Below are positions 50,782 to 63,789 of a stretch of 64,000 bases of DNA, in pieces (the stretch's first letter is position 1; each line of letters begins with the position of its first letter). The position numbers and the translations under genes were made by a program. Source of the stretch: Chiloscyllium plagiosum (lineage: Eukaryota); assembly GCF_004010195.1 (NCBI RefSeq), contig NC_057754.1:3846925-3910924 (forward strand). Direction: 5' to 3'. The notes under the pieces are model-generated. The model was not told the DNA's origin. It was given only the letters and a program-made list of their open reading frames with translations, and did not search any database.

Positions 50782-51032
50782 GCTACCTGGTGATCGGACT
50801 GGTCGCTCTGCTGGTGGTTCTCGAGAGCTTCTACGAACTCCAGGAACTGCAGCGTTTTATCAAAATCATCATGGGTCACCCGGACAAGGAGGGACAACTG
50901 CGCATCACCGAGCGTGAGGTAGCCATCACCAGCTCAAACCTAGACACCACGGGCTGTGAGGAAAACGCCAACGAGGATGGCAAAGTGGACAGGAGCACCA
51001 AGATGGCGTCTGAACCCTCCCCGGAGCAATGA
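50782..51032 (+). CDS. KCNK7: TWIK-subfamily K2P channel exon 3 (M4, C-terminal tail)
   Basis: gcag|gc; (C)YLVIGLVALLVVLESFYELQELQRF...EPSPEQ*; spliced CDS 978 nt (325 aa); AATAAA at 51311-51316. Confidence 0.88.
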
Positions 51033-51387
51033 GCCCACCGACCCAGAGCACTGCACACCATTCAATTGGCTGGACATCATCTCCCTCACAGGCATAGTGA
51101 CGTCAACAAGGGCTGCCTGAGAGGATGGATCCAGGCCTTCCCCATGGTGCTCCACCAGGACAGAGAGCATCTGTTCAACCCCCTAGAGTCCCCTCCCACT
51201 TCTGTGTGGGCACCTCGTCTGGCAAGTGTGAATGCCCCATTTTGCAAACACAATGCTAGTCTCGTTCTTATTTAAAATTCAACATTGTATGAAACTATAA
51301 ATATATAAATAATAAAGATTACCATGAGTTGCTTGGATGCTGCTTCCTGCTCTTGACTGACACGGATGGGACACTGCCTTTTGGATC

Positions 51388-51860
51388 CAGCCCTGTATTA
51401 CTGACTGTAATTCTACTAATGTTAATCCAGCTCCCTCTACACTTTCACTCAGTAACCCCTCTAATCTCAGAGCCCTGTATTACTGACTGTAACTCTACTA
51501 ATGTTAATCCAGCTCCCTCTACACTCTCACTCAGTAACCCCTCTACTCTCAGAGTCCTGTATTACTGACTGTAATTCTACTAATGTTAATCCAGCTCCCT
51601 CACCCTGTCACTCAGTAACCCCTCTACTCCCAGAGCCCTGTATTACTGACTGTAACTCTGCTGATGTTAATCCAGCTCCCTCACCCTGTTACTCAGTAAC
51701 CCCTCCCTCCCCAGCACCCTATATTACTGACTGTATCTCTGCTGATGTTAATCCAGCTCCCTCACACTGTCACTCAATAACCCCTCCCTCCCCAGCACCC
51801 TATATTACTGACTGTATCTCTGCTGATGTTAATCCAGCTCCCTCACACTGTCACTTAGTA
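51388..51860 (+). repeat. ~80-bp tandem repeat
   Basis: (ccctgtattactgactgtaattctactaatgttaatccagctccctc...cactcagtaacccct...), about 6 copies. Confidence 0.88.
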
Positions 51861-52130
51861 AAACCTCTCATCCACCAGTTTCAACCTCAGATAGGGGCAG
51901 CACAATTTAGATACAAAGTCAAACTTCCTCTGCACTATTTCCATTAAATCCTTGAGGACAGGGAAAGCATGGGGCTAGTTACAGAGTAAACCTTACCTGA
52001 CACTATCATCATCAAACACTCCCATGACAAGAATAAGACAGGATTTGGAGAGAACGGTGTTGGACTGGGGTGGACAAAGTTAAAAATCACACAACACCAG
52101 GTTATAGTCCAACAGGTTTAATTGGAAGCA

Positions 52131-52165
52131 CACTAGCTTTCGGAGCGACGCTCCTTCATCAGGTG
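52131..52165 (-). ncRNA. Minimal hammerhead ribozyme motif, second family
   Basis: Minus strand: cac-CTGATGA-A-GGAGC-gtc-GCTCC-GAAAG-CTA-gtg, with a perfect 3-bp helix I. Confidence 0.65.
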
Positions 52166-52483
52166 GTTGTCTGGTGTTGTGTGATTTTTAACAAGAATAA
52201 GACAGGTTTTTGATAGTATATCTACAATACCTATCCGTCTGACAGTGGGATTACTGCCCGACAGTTAGCCCAAACCTACCATCAGCTCCCTGCTGACCTA
52301 TCAGGTAACTGTACCTTCCCATGCCTGAAGTTACGCCCCAGTTACTGGAACCTCAGTCTGTCCCCCATTGGGGTGCAGCTCATACAAAGCCCCCTGGATG
52401 ATTACAGACACAGACCCTAGACCTGGAAGTGATTGCTACAAAACCAGCTAAGCTCACTGATAACTGAATCAGAGCTGCTTTGG

Positions 52484-52983
52484 NNNNNNNNNNNNNNNNN
52501 NNNNNNNNNNNNNNNNNNNNNNNNNNNNNNNNNNNNNNNNNNNNNNNNNNNNNNNNNNNNNNNNNNNNNNNNNNNNNNNNNNNNNNNNNNNNNNNNNNNN
52601 NNNNNNNNNNNNNNNNNNNNNNNNNNNNNNNNNNNNNNNNNNNNNNNNNNNNNNNNNNNNNNNNNNNNNNNNNNNNNNNNNNNNNNNNNNNNNNNNNNNN
52701 NNNNNNNNNNNNNNNNNNNNNNNNNNNNNNNNNNNNNNNNNNNNNNNNNNNNNNNNNNNNNNNNNNNNNNNNNNNNNNNNNNNNNNNNNNNNNNNNNNNN
52801 NNNNNNNNNNNNNNNNNNNNNNNNNNNNNNNNNNNNNNNNNNNNNNNNNNNNNNNNNNNNNNNNNNNNNNNNNNNNNNNNNNNNNNNNNNNNNNNNNNNN
52901 NNNNNNNNNNNNNNNNNNNNNNNNNNNNNNNNNNNNNNNNNNNNNNNNNNNNNNNNNNNNNNNNNNNNNNNNNNNNNNNNNNN
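52484..52983. other. Assembly gap (500 N, probably a placeholder size)
   Basis: N run. Confidence 1.
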
Positions 52984-55900
52984 TCTGTCACTGTATAATA
53001 CTGGGGTACAGTACCGACGGGGACAGGTCTGTCACTGTATAACACTGGGGTACAGTACCGGCGGGGACAGGTCTGTCACTGTATAACACTAGGTTACAGT
53101 ATGGGTGGGGACAGGTCTGTCATTGTATAACACCGGGGGACAGTACTGGTGGGGACACGTCTGTCACTGTATAACACTGGTGTACAGTACTGGTGGGGAC
53201 AGGTCTGTACCTGTATAACACTGGGTGACAGTACTGCTGGGGACAGGTCTGTCACTGTATAACACTGGGTGACAGTACTGGTGGGTACAGGTCTGTCACT
53301 GTATAATACCGGGGGACAGTACTGGTGGGGACAGGTCTGTCACTGTATAATACTGGGCAACAGTTCTGGTGGGGACAGGTCTGTCACTGTATTATACTGC
53401 AGTATAGTAGTGGTGGGGACAGGTTTTTCACTGTATAGCACTGGTGTACAGTACTGGTGGGGACAGGATTGTCACTGTATAACTCTGTAGTATAGTACTG
53501 GTTGGGGACAGGTCTTTCTCTGTATAACACTGGTGGGGACAGGTCTGTCGCTGTATAACACTGGGGTATAGTACCAATGGGGACAGGTCTGTCACTGTAT
53601 AACACTGCTACATTACTGGTGGTGACCGGTCTGTCAATGTATAACTCTGGGCTACATTACTGGTGGGGACAGGTCTGTCACTGTATAATACTGGGGTACA
53701 GTACTGGTGGCGACAGGTCTGTCCCTGTATAACACTGCAGCATAGTAGTGGTGGGGACAGGTCTGTCACTGTATAACACTGGGATACAGTACTAGTGGGG
53801 ACAGGTCTGTCCCTGTATACCAATGGGGTAAAGTACTGGTCGGGATGAGTCTGTCGCTGTATAACACTGGGGTACAGTACTGGTAGGGACAGGCCTGTCC
53901 CTGAACAACACTGGGGTACAGTACTGGTGTGGACAGGTCTGTCCCTGTACAACACTGGGGTACAATACTGGTGGGCACAGGTCTGTACCTGTATAACACT
54001 GGGGGACAGTACTGGTGGGGACAGGTCTGTACCTGTATAAAACTGCAGAACATCACTGGTGGGGACAGGTCTGTCACTGTTTCAGGTATACAGTGGGGGT
54101 CTGTAATTGTGGGGACAGGTCTGTCGCTGTATAACACTGGGGTACAGTACTGGTGGGGACAGGTCTGTCACTGTATAACACTGGGATACAGTACTGGTCG
54201 GGATGGGTCTGTCACTGTATAACACTGCGGTACAGTACTGGTTGGGATGCTCTGTCCCTGTACAACACTGGGGTACAGTACTGGTGGGGACAGGTCTGTC
54301 CCTTTACAACACTGGGGTACAGTACTGGTGGGGACAAGTCTGTCGCTGTATAACACTGGGGTACAATACCGATGGGGACAGGTCTTTCACTGTATAACAC
54401 TGGGGTACAGTACTGGTTAGGATGCTCTGTCCCTGTACAACACTGGGGTACAGTACTGGTGGGGACAAGTCTGTCTCTGTATAACACTGGGCTACAGTAC
54501 TGGTGGGGGCAGGTCTGTCCCTGTATAACACTGGGGTACAGTACTGGTGGAGACAAGTCTGTCTCTGTATAACACTGGGGTACAGGATTGGTGGGGACAG
54601 GCCTGTCCCAGTACAACACTGGGGTACAGTACTGGTGTGGACAGGTCTGTCCCTGTACAACACTGGGGTACAGTACTGGTGTGGACAGGTCTGTCACTGT
54701 ATAACACTGGGGTACAGTACTGGTCGGGATGGGTCTGTCCCTGTACAATACTGGGGTACAGTACTGGTGGGGACAGGTCTGTCCCTGTATACTATTGGGG
54801 TACAATACTGGTCAGGATGGGTCTATCCCTGTATAACACTGGGGTACAGTACTAGTGGGAACAGGTCTGTCCCTGTATAACATTGGGATACAGTACTGGT
54901 GGGGATGGGTCTGTCCCTGTATACCTTTGGGGTACAGTACTGGTGGGTACAGGTCTGTCACTGTATAACACTGGAGTACAATACCGGTGGGGACAGGTCT
55001 TTCACTGTATAACACTGGGTTATAGTACTGGTGGGGACAGGTCTGTCTTTGTATAATACTGGGCTACAGTACTGGTGGGGACAGATCTGTCACTGTATAA
55101 CACTAGGGTACAGTACTGGAGGGTACAGGTCTGTCACTGTGCAACACTGGGGTACAGTACTGGTGGGGACAGGTCTGCCCCTGTACAACACTGGAGTACA
55201 GTACTGCTGGGGACAGGTCTGTCACTGTATAACCCTGGGGTACAGTACTGGTGGCGACAGGTCTGTCACTGTATAACACTGCAGCATAGTAGTGGTGGGG
55301 GCAGGTCTGTCACTATATAACACTGGGGTACAGTACTGGTGGGGACAGGTCTGTCACTGTATAATACTGGGTGACAGTACTACTGGGGACAGGTCTGTCA
55401 CTGTATAATACTGGGTGACAGTACAACTGGGGACAGGTCTGTCCCTGTATAACACTGGGTGACAGTACTACTGGGGACAGGTCTGTCACTGTATAACACT
55501 GGGAGACAGTACTGGTGGGTACAGGTCTGTCACTGTATAATACCGGGGGACAGTACTGGTGGGGACAGGTCTGTCACTGTATAATACTGGGCAACAGTTC
55601 TGGTGGGGACAGGTCTGTCACTATTATACTGCAGTATAGTAGTGGTGGGGACGGGTTTTTCACTGTATAGCACTGGTGTACAGTACTGGTGGGGACAGGA
55701 TTGTCACTGTATAACCCTGTAGTATAGTACTGGTTGGGGACAGGTCTTTCTCTGTATAACACTGGTGGGGACAGGTCTGTCGCTGTATAACACTGGGGTA
55801 TAGTACCAGTGGGGACAGGTCTGTCACTGTATAACATTGCTACATTACTGGTGGGGACCAGTCTGTCAATGTATAACTCTGGGCTACATTACTGGTGGGG

Positions 55901-57255
55901 ACAGGTCTGTCACTGTATAATACTGGGGTACAGTACTGGTGGCGACAGGTCTGTCCCTGTATAACACTGCAGCATAGTAGTGGTGGGGACAGGTCTGTCA
56001 CTGTATAACACTGGGATACATTACTAGTGGGGACAGGTCTGTCGCTGTATACCAATGGGGTAAAGTACTGGTGGGGACAGTTCTGTCCCTGTATAACACT
56101 GGGGACAGTACTGGTGGGGACAGGTCTGTCCCTGTACAACACTGGGGTACAGTACTGGTGGGGACAGGTCTGTCACTGTATAACACTGGGGTACAGTACT
56201 GGTGGGGACAGGTCTCTCCCTGTACAACACTGGCGTACAGTACTGGTGGGGATAGATCTGTCCCTGTATAACACTGGGTACAGCACTGGTGGGAACAGGT
56301 CTGTCCCTGTATACCACTGGCGTACAGTACTGGTCGGGATGGGTCTATCCCTGTATAACACTGGGGTACAGTACTGGTAGGGGCTGGTCTGTCCCTGTAT
56401 AACACTGGGATACAGTACTGGTCAGGATGGGTCTGTCACTGTATAACACTGGGGTACAGTACTGGTTGGGATGCTCTGTCCCTGTACAACACTGGGGTAC
56501 AGTACTGGTGGGGACAGGTGTGTCCCTGTACAACACTGGGGTACAGTACTGGTGGGGACAAGTTTGTTGCTGTATAACACTGGGGTACAATACCGATGGG
56601 GACAGGTCTTTCACTGTATAACACTGGGGTACAGTACTGGTTGGGATGCTCTATCCCTGTACAACACTGGGGTACAGTACTGGTGGGGACAGGTCTGTCC
56701 CTGTACAACACTGGGGTACAGTACTGGTGAGGACAAGTCTGTCGCTGTATAACACTGGGGTACAGTACTGGTGGGGACAAGTCTGTCGCTGTATAACACT
56801 GGGGTACAATACCAATGGGGACAGGTCTGTCACTGTATAACACTGGGGTACAGTACTGGTGGGGACAGGTCTGTCGCTGTATAACACTGGGGTACAGTAC
56901 TGGTGGGAACAGGTCTGTCACTTTATAACACTGGGGTACAGTACTAGTGGGAACAGGTCTGTCCCTGTATAACACTGGTGTACAGTACTGGTGGGAACAG
57001 GTCTGTCCCTGTATAACACTGGGGTACAGTACTGGTGGAGACAAGTCTGTCTCTGTATAACACTGGGCTACAGTACTGGTGGGGACAGGTCTGTCCCTTT
57101 ATAACATTGGGTACAGTACTGGTGGAGACAAGTCTGTCTCTGTATAACACTGGGGTACAGTACTGGTGGAGACAGGTCTGTCTCTGTATAACACTGGGTA
57201 CAGTACTGGTGGAGACAGGTCTGTCTCTGTATAACACTGCAGTACAGTGGGGACA
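52984..57255 (+). repeat. 44-bp satellite/minisatellite array
   Basis: (ctgtataacactggggtacagtactggtggggacaggtctgtca)n, roughly 95 copies, abutting a gap. Confidence 0.95.
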
Positions 57256-58749
57256 GTTGTGTTGTGAGATTGTGCTTTTGAAGTTAATCCATTAAGCATC
57301 AGAAGGAAGTGTAATAAACATTAAGCTGTCTCCTGTCATAACGTGAGAGTGATGCCAAATAAATTCATCTCCACAGCGGCTGTGATACCCAATAATCTGA
57401 CATTGTGCAAACCAGACACAAGTACATGGTTTATACCCAGTCCGTGAGGGTATCTGTAACCCCCAAGCTGCAGTGTCTTGGACAGTGAATCCTGACTGAC
57501 GCGCCCAGGTTCCAGGACTGTGGTAAGTCTTTTATGTCACTCTCTGTCAAGTGGATGTTAATGGTCCCATTCCTGATAGGGCTGGGACCCAGAAAGGGTT
57601 TTGATCTCTCTGCCCACCTGGGGCTGCTATTCAACCCTGGGCCGACGCTTGAAAGCGAAGCAGACGATCTGACTCATTCCCGGTTGTGGGAACTTCCGCA
57701 CATTCGCAGCTCCCGTGGTTCTTGACAATGTCTCCACGCTGGTCGTGGCTTTCGGGATGTTCTCAGGCGGTGACATACTCTGAGCTACCGGAATAACAGC
57801 GCCCCTTTTGATTCATCTCTGCCCCTCGTGCCAGGGGGTACAGGGAGCCATTGGCTACCCTGACTTGTCGAGAGAGATAACCCCAGGCTGTGGTATCTGA
57901 TCTCAGCACATTGACTGCCTCAATCCCCCCTACCCCACCTCAGCCTGAGCAGGAAATGACACCAATATCAAAAATGAAGGGGAGTTCCTATCCCAACCTT
58001 TGGATGGATGGAGCCTTGGGATATGGAGGGTACGTGCAAATTGGGATCAGATTCACCTCCTTCAGCGTTAATGAAGGGCCTGCTCCCCCAGTCTACCAGA
58101 GAGGGGTTTTGGAGCGAATATTAAGCTGCATTCAACAGGATACTAGACAGGTAGATAGAGTTACAGTGTCAGACTTGGGGTTGGAAAGATGGCCTTGCAT
58201 AAACCCCTCCCTCCCCCACCGATGCTCAGTTGCAGCAGTGTGTACCGTCCACTGTGCCATCGCCCAGTCTCCTTAGACAGCACCTTCCAAACCTCCCAGA
58301 AGGTCAAGGGAACACCAACCCTCTGAAATATCGCCTCAGCATCACTGCTCCCCCAACACACACAGACACACACACACAGATACACACAGACACAGAGACA
58401 CACAGACGGACAGACACACACACACAGATACAGACACACACACACACTGACGTGGAGTGTCAGTGGTCATTCCCTCAGCTCACAATCCTGGGATTAGCTC
58501 CCTTGCAGCACTGCGGGTGTCTCCTACGCTGAAATCTGTGGATGTGGGTACAATTATAATGTTTTAAAGACATTCGGATAAGGTTTGGAGGGATATGGCC
58601 CAGGAGCAGGCAGGTGGACTCGTTTATTTTGGGATTATATTCGGCATGGACTGGGTCTGTTTCCGTTCTGTGTGAATCTATTAAGAAGGCAGCTCACCTC
58701 CCCCCGCCCCCCCCCTTCTCAGACAGTACAAATAGATGTAACCCACATC

Positions 58750-59776
58750 CACCAAATAATACATTTTATATACATTTTAAAAAAGCACTGGTATGGATTG
58801 GAGGGGGGCGAGGGGGGCGTGCAACAGGCTTGTTCCTGTGGTATGAATTCAGTCAGAGAACCAAATGGGTTGGGTTGGTTACCTCAACCAAGGTTGGTTC
58901 CCTAGAGATTACCTCAAACCACCAGCGCAACAGGAAGGAGAGCCAAGCTCTTGAGTCCTGCACACCCCTGGCCTGTACGCTGTGACATCTGCAAAGGGCA
59001 AAAGGGGGCGCAGTCTCCCCAGAGACGAGTCAATCACAGCCCCCTAACTAGGCCCATTTCCACAGGGATGCTCTGCTCTGAGACCCTTCTATCAGTTTGG
59101 GGAGAGGAAAGGGGGGGGGCAGGCTCTGATTTTTGAGGTGTTTGTTGGAGGCCGAGGGGTACGGAGGGCGGCGTTTGGATTTGGGGGGGGGGCGGGGAGC
59201 GGTTTGCGGGCAGTTGCTGACGCAGGCAACGTCAGGGACGACTCCCCAACCGCCCTGGGGGCCTCCTGGTGAGCCACACATCGGCCTTCCGTCTGACGGA
59301 TGGCCTGGGGGGGCCTCCCACACACACACAGCCGCAGTTCTGAGAGAGATGGATCCACAACAGGAAACAGCGAGGAAACCAAGAAACAAAGTCGGGGTTG
59401 GGGGAGGGGTGGGGGAGGGTTCAGGCTACTTCTTTTGTGTAGCTCAGCGAGTCAGGGTCGGAGGTCAAAGCCGAACAAAAGCCAGTCCTTCCTGTCATAG
59501 TGGTGTGCAACTCAAGACTGGTTGGGTTGTCAGCATTAGTTGTTTTGAGTGCGGTTGTGTGTCTCTCTCTATCTCTTTGACACAGACACATTTCTTAAAA
59601 GCAGCAATCAAAAAGTCATGTGTTTCGGACAGCCCTCACCCTTCCACCCCCTCCAAACAACCTCCTTCATCAAAGGTGCAATATTTACACAGCTTCCAGC
59701 TGTGCTCCTGTTGTGTTTCTTACAACTCTTTACTTCAAATACCTTCCTGGGCTGTGGCTCTGAAGTCACTCCAGCA
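58750..59776 (-). other. Possible terminal exon and 3'UTR of an unidentified minus-strand gene
   Basis: Minus-strand acceptor tgtttccctctctctccag| at 59777, then ~1 kb of non-repetitive UTR-like sequence, a TATAAA-type poly(A) hexamer (plus 58765-58770) and a GU-rich tract. Confidence 0.35.
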
Positions 59777-59909
59777 CTGGAGAGAGAGGGAAACATTACA
59801 GCCAGCGATCCTGCTCCTGCTTGTTATCAGGGAGTGTGTCTGTGTGTAAGCACTGAGAATATTCTGACAAATCACCAGATTCTACATTCCTCTGTATCTC
59901 ACTCGGAAC

Positions 59910-60550
59910 TTTCCCTGTCCTGGGAGTGTTTGATGGGGGACAGTGTAGAGGGAGCTTTACTCTGTATCTAACCACATACTGTCCCTGTCCTGGGGCTGTT
60001 TGATGGGGGACAGTGTAGAGGGAGCTTAACTCTGTATCTAACCCTGTGCTGTCCCTGTCCTGGGAGTGTTTGATGGGGACAATGTAGAGGTCACTTTACT
60101 CTGTATCTATCCCCGTGCTGTCCCTGTCCTGGGAGTGTTTGATAGAGGGACAGTGTAGAGAGAGCTTTACTCTGTATCTAACCCCATGCTGTCTCTGTCC
60201 TGGGAGTGTTTGATGGGGGAACAGTGTAGAAAGAGCTTTATGTTCAGTTTATTTTTAATTTAAAAGAGAGAGAGCTTTAACTTCAGGTTAAGTGAGTGGA
60301 GGAGGCTTTACTCTGTACCTACCCACATGCTGTTCCCATCTGGGAATGTTTGATGAGGGAACAGTGTCGAGGGAACTCTACTCTGTGTCTAACCCCGTGC
60401 TGTCCCTGTCCTGGAGTGTTTGATGGGGGACAGTGTAGAGGGAGCTTTACTCTGTGTCTAACCCCATGCTGTCCCTGTCCTGGGGAGTGTTTGTTGGGGA
60501 CAGTGTAGAGGGAGTTGTACCCTGTGTCTAAACCCTCTGTTGTCCCTGTT
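59910..60550 (+). repeat. ~68-bp minisatellite
   Basis: Same unit as the array at 4988. Confidence 0.88.
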
Positions 60551-61838
60551 CTGCATTTGACGGGACATCCCCTTCCTTCCTTTGTTGAGCGCAAATTACT
60601 TAGAGACTGGGAACTGCTAACAGCAAGTTGGGGGATGGTTCAGTCTTTGGTGTCTGGTTGAAAATCAAAATTATCTGCCCTCAATGTCAGAATTTGTTCA
60701 GCCAGGCCAATTTTGTCAATTCAATCCCTGGTCGTTGGAGTTGGGACTCTATTTATGAACTTGAATTAGACGGGGAATCTTCAAAACAAACAAACCAAAG
60801 GTGGTGAATACAAAGGGAACCTTTATTTCTAAGTGTTTTTTGGCTATACGCGACTTCCCTTTTGGAGTACACACGCACTTCCTATCATTGTTATCAATGT
60901 GTATCGCAGTTTGGGTTTGACTGCAAGGGTTTTTGTTATTGGCAGTTTCTGGCCAGATGCCTGCGTTATTGTTTAATTCCCTAGTTTGTCTTTTCTATCG
61001 CATTTCTATCATTTCTTGAAAGAAGCAGGGGACACCCTGTAACCCGAAAAGGACCAGGGTGTTCGCCAATGCGACAGGTTGACCTTCTGAGGCCTACAGG
61101 AAGGCTTCAGGCCTACCCTCACCTCAGGTCTTGTTTGGTTGCAGGTCCTCTCCCATCACATCTTTTTACTTGAAAAAAGACGCACGCCCTACAATTTTCC
61201 TTCAGGGATTATCTTCCAGTCGTGCCTTGCTTAACCAGGGTTTCTCAGAACTCAAAAGCGCGGTCTCGGTTTTGTCAAGACTTACCAAGCCTACTTTCTA
61301 GGCCCAGACTGAAGCCAGGAAACACCCAGTGTTGCGGTAGGGGGAGGAGAAGGAATTAAAAATGAAAAGACAACTCCTCTTGTGATGGTAAAAGGAAACA
61401 AACGTGTAGCACCACAAAGCCTTGGGCTGTGCTGACAACAAAATTTCATTTGTTGAGAAAGAAGCTACAGCGCGACTGGCCGATGCCAAAAATAGCATCA
61501 GTGCAACACCCTCCTGTAAGTGGTCAGAGATTCACAACCTTAACAGCAGCTAAACTGAGAGGAACGGTAACAGACACCCACACAATCTTGTCCGCCTGAA
61601 CTAGAAAACAGCCCACTGATTACTGCAACGCCTCATCGCCCAATCCCAGCAGCCATTGGGGAGCTACCCATTGCAATCCTTCGTTATGACACTTATGTTC
61701 TCTTTGACTGCCATCCACTTAGTTCCCCAGCACCCTACAGCACTAAGCCTCAGATTTTCCATGGCCCTACCTCAACAGTGTTCCTCGATGAAATGGCAGA
61801 AGGGACACACCGAAATACTGAACGGTTAGAGACTGAAT

Positions 61839-62915
61839 TGTCACTGTATAACACTGGGGTACAGTGCTGGTAGGGACAGGTCTGTCACTGTATAATACTG
61901 GGAGACAGTACTGGTGGGGACAGGTCTGTCGCTGTATAACACTGGGGTACAGTGCTGGTAGGGACAGGTCTGTCACTGTATAACACTGGGGGACAGTACT
62001 GGTGGGGACAGGTCCGTCACTGTATAACACTGGGGTACAGTACTGGTGGGGACAGGTCTGTCCCCGTATAACACTGGGGTACAGTATTGGTGGGGACAGT
62101 TCTGTCCCTGCATAACAATGGGGGACAGTACTGGTGGGGACAGGTCTGTCGCTGTATAACACTGGGGTACAGTACTGGCGGGGACAGGTCTGTCCCTGTA
62201 TAACACTGGGGTACAGTACTGGTGGGGACAGGTCTGTCCCTGCATAACACTGGGTGACAGTACTGGTGGGGACAGATCTGTCCCTGTATAACACTGGGGT
62301 ACAGTACTGGTGGGGACAGGTCTGTCCCTGCATAATACTGGGTGACAGTATTGGTGGGGACAGTTCTGTCCCTGCATAACAATGGGGGACAGTACTGGTG
62401 GGGACAGATCTGTCCCTGTATAACACTGGGGTACAGTACTGGCGGGGACAGGTCTGTCCCTGTATAACACTGGGGTACAGTACTGGTGGGGACAGGTCTG
62501 TCCCTGCATAACACTGGGTGACAGTACTGGTGTAGAGAGGTCTGTTGCTATATAACACTGGGGTACAATACTGGTGGGGACAGATCTGTCCCTGTATAAC
62601 ACTGGGGTACAGTACTGGTGGGGACAGGTCTGTCGCTGTATAACGCTGGGGTACAGTACTGGTGGGGACAGGTCTGTCACAGTATAACCCTGGGGTACAG
62701 TACTGGTGGGGACAGGTCTGTCCCCATATAACACTGGTGTACAGTACTGGTGGGGACAGGTCTGTCGCTGTATAACACTGGGGTACAGTACTGGTGGGGA
62801 CAGGTCTGTCACTGTATAACACTGGTGTACAGTACTGTGGTGGGGACAGGTCTGTCACTGTATAACACTGGTGTACAGTACAGGTGGGGACAGGTCTGTC
62901 ACTGTATAACGCTGA
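61839..62915 (+). repeat. 44-bp satellite/minisatellite array
   Basis: Same unit as the array at 52984. Confidence 0.95.
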
Positions 62916-63789
62916 CAATACTGATAGATGCTTAAATTTTTTATGCTCACAGCAGTTATACATATAACATATACATCGTTTACTGATGGCTACTGATCAC
63001 AACTCTCTGTGAACTTTGCCATGCTGTGCCCTACCTGACATTTTTAAGCAGTAAGGGCGATCAAGGGGTTTTGGGGAACTGGCAGGAAGGTGGAGTTGTG
63101 GATTATTTAATACACTCAAGGTTATGGGCCAGCCACTGGAACTAGTGGGAGGGAGTGTAGGTTTAAACATAGCTTTTCCCAGTGCAGACTTGATAGGCCA
63201 AAGGGCCTCTTCCGTACCGTTTGTTTCTATGACACTATTATCAGATTAGCCACAACCTCATTGAATGGTGGAGCAGACTTGATGGGCTGAATGGGCTACT
63301 TCTGTTCCTCCATTGTATGGTCTGAGGGGACAGTAACACTGTTCTCAGGCAGTCAAAACTGGTCACAAATGCCCTTTGGGTTTGCGCAGAAGTCATGGAG
63401 CAAGGGGGAAGAGTCAGGGGATTGTAGTGTCAAGGTGGGATGTGATGGCCTCTTGCCAATGCTCAGATGCTGCCCAAGATGGCAGCATGGTAAGAGTGGA
63501 ATGGATCCTGAGTTTGTATGCTCCAGGCCTGTTGCTTCCTTGTCTTTCGATCTCCTTTTCCCTATTTTTCTTGCTCTTCTCTTTCATCTTCCGGCGTCGT
63601 GGGGAGCCAGAGCTGTGTCAGAGGGTCATTGTTGGCAGCAGCAGTGGCGCTGCCCTGATCAAGGGCTCCTGGCTTCGGTAGGCCCAGAGCCTGGACTCGG
63701 GATCTCGATGGGCCGTCAGGTGTGGTGGAGCTTCGTGCCTGCAGTGGGTGTGCGGTTGGCCCACAGAGGGCACTCGAGGGGTGGGGGAG

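Noticed and set aside
52984-62963. Long Cys/Pro/Thr-rich ORFs (up to 398 aa)
   Set aside because: They are translations of the 44-bp tandem array and are open in several frames on both strands.
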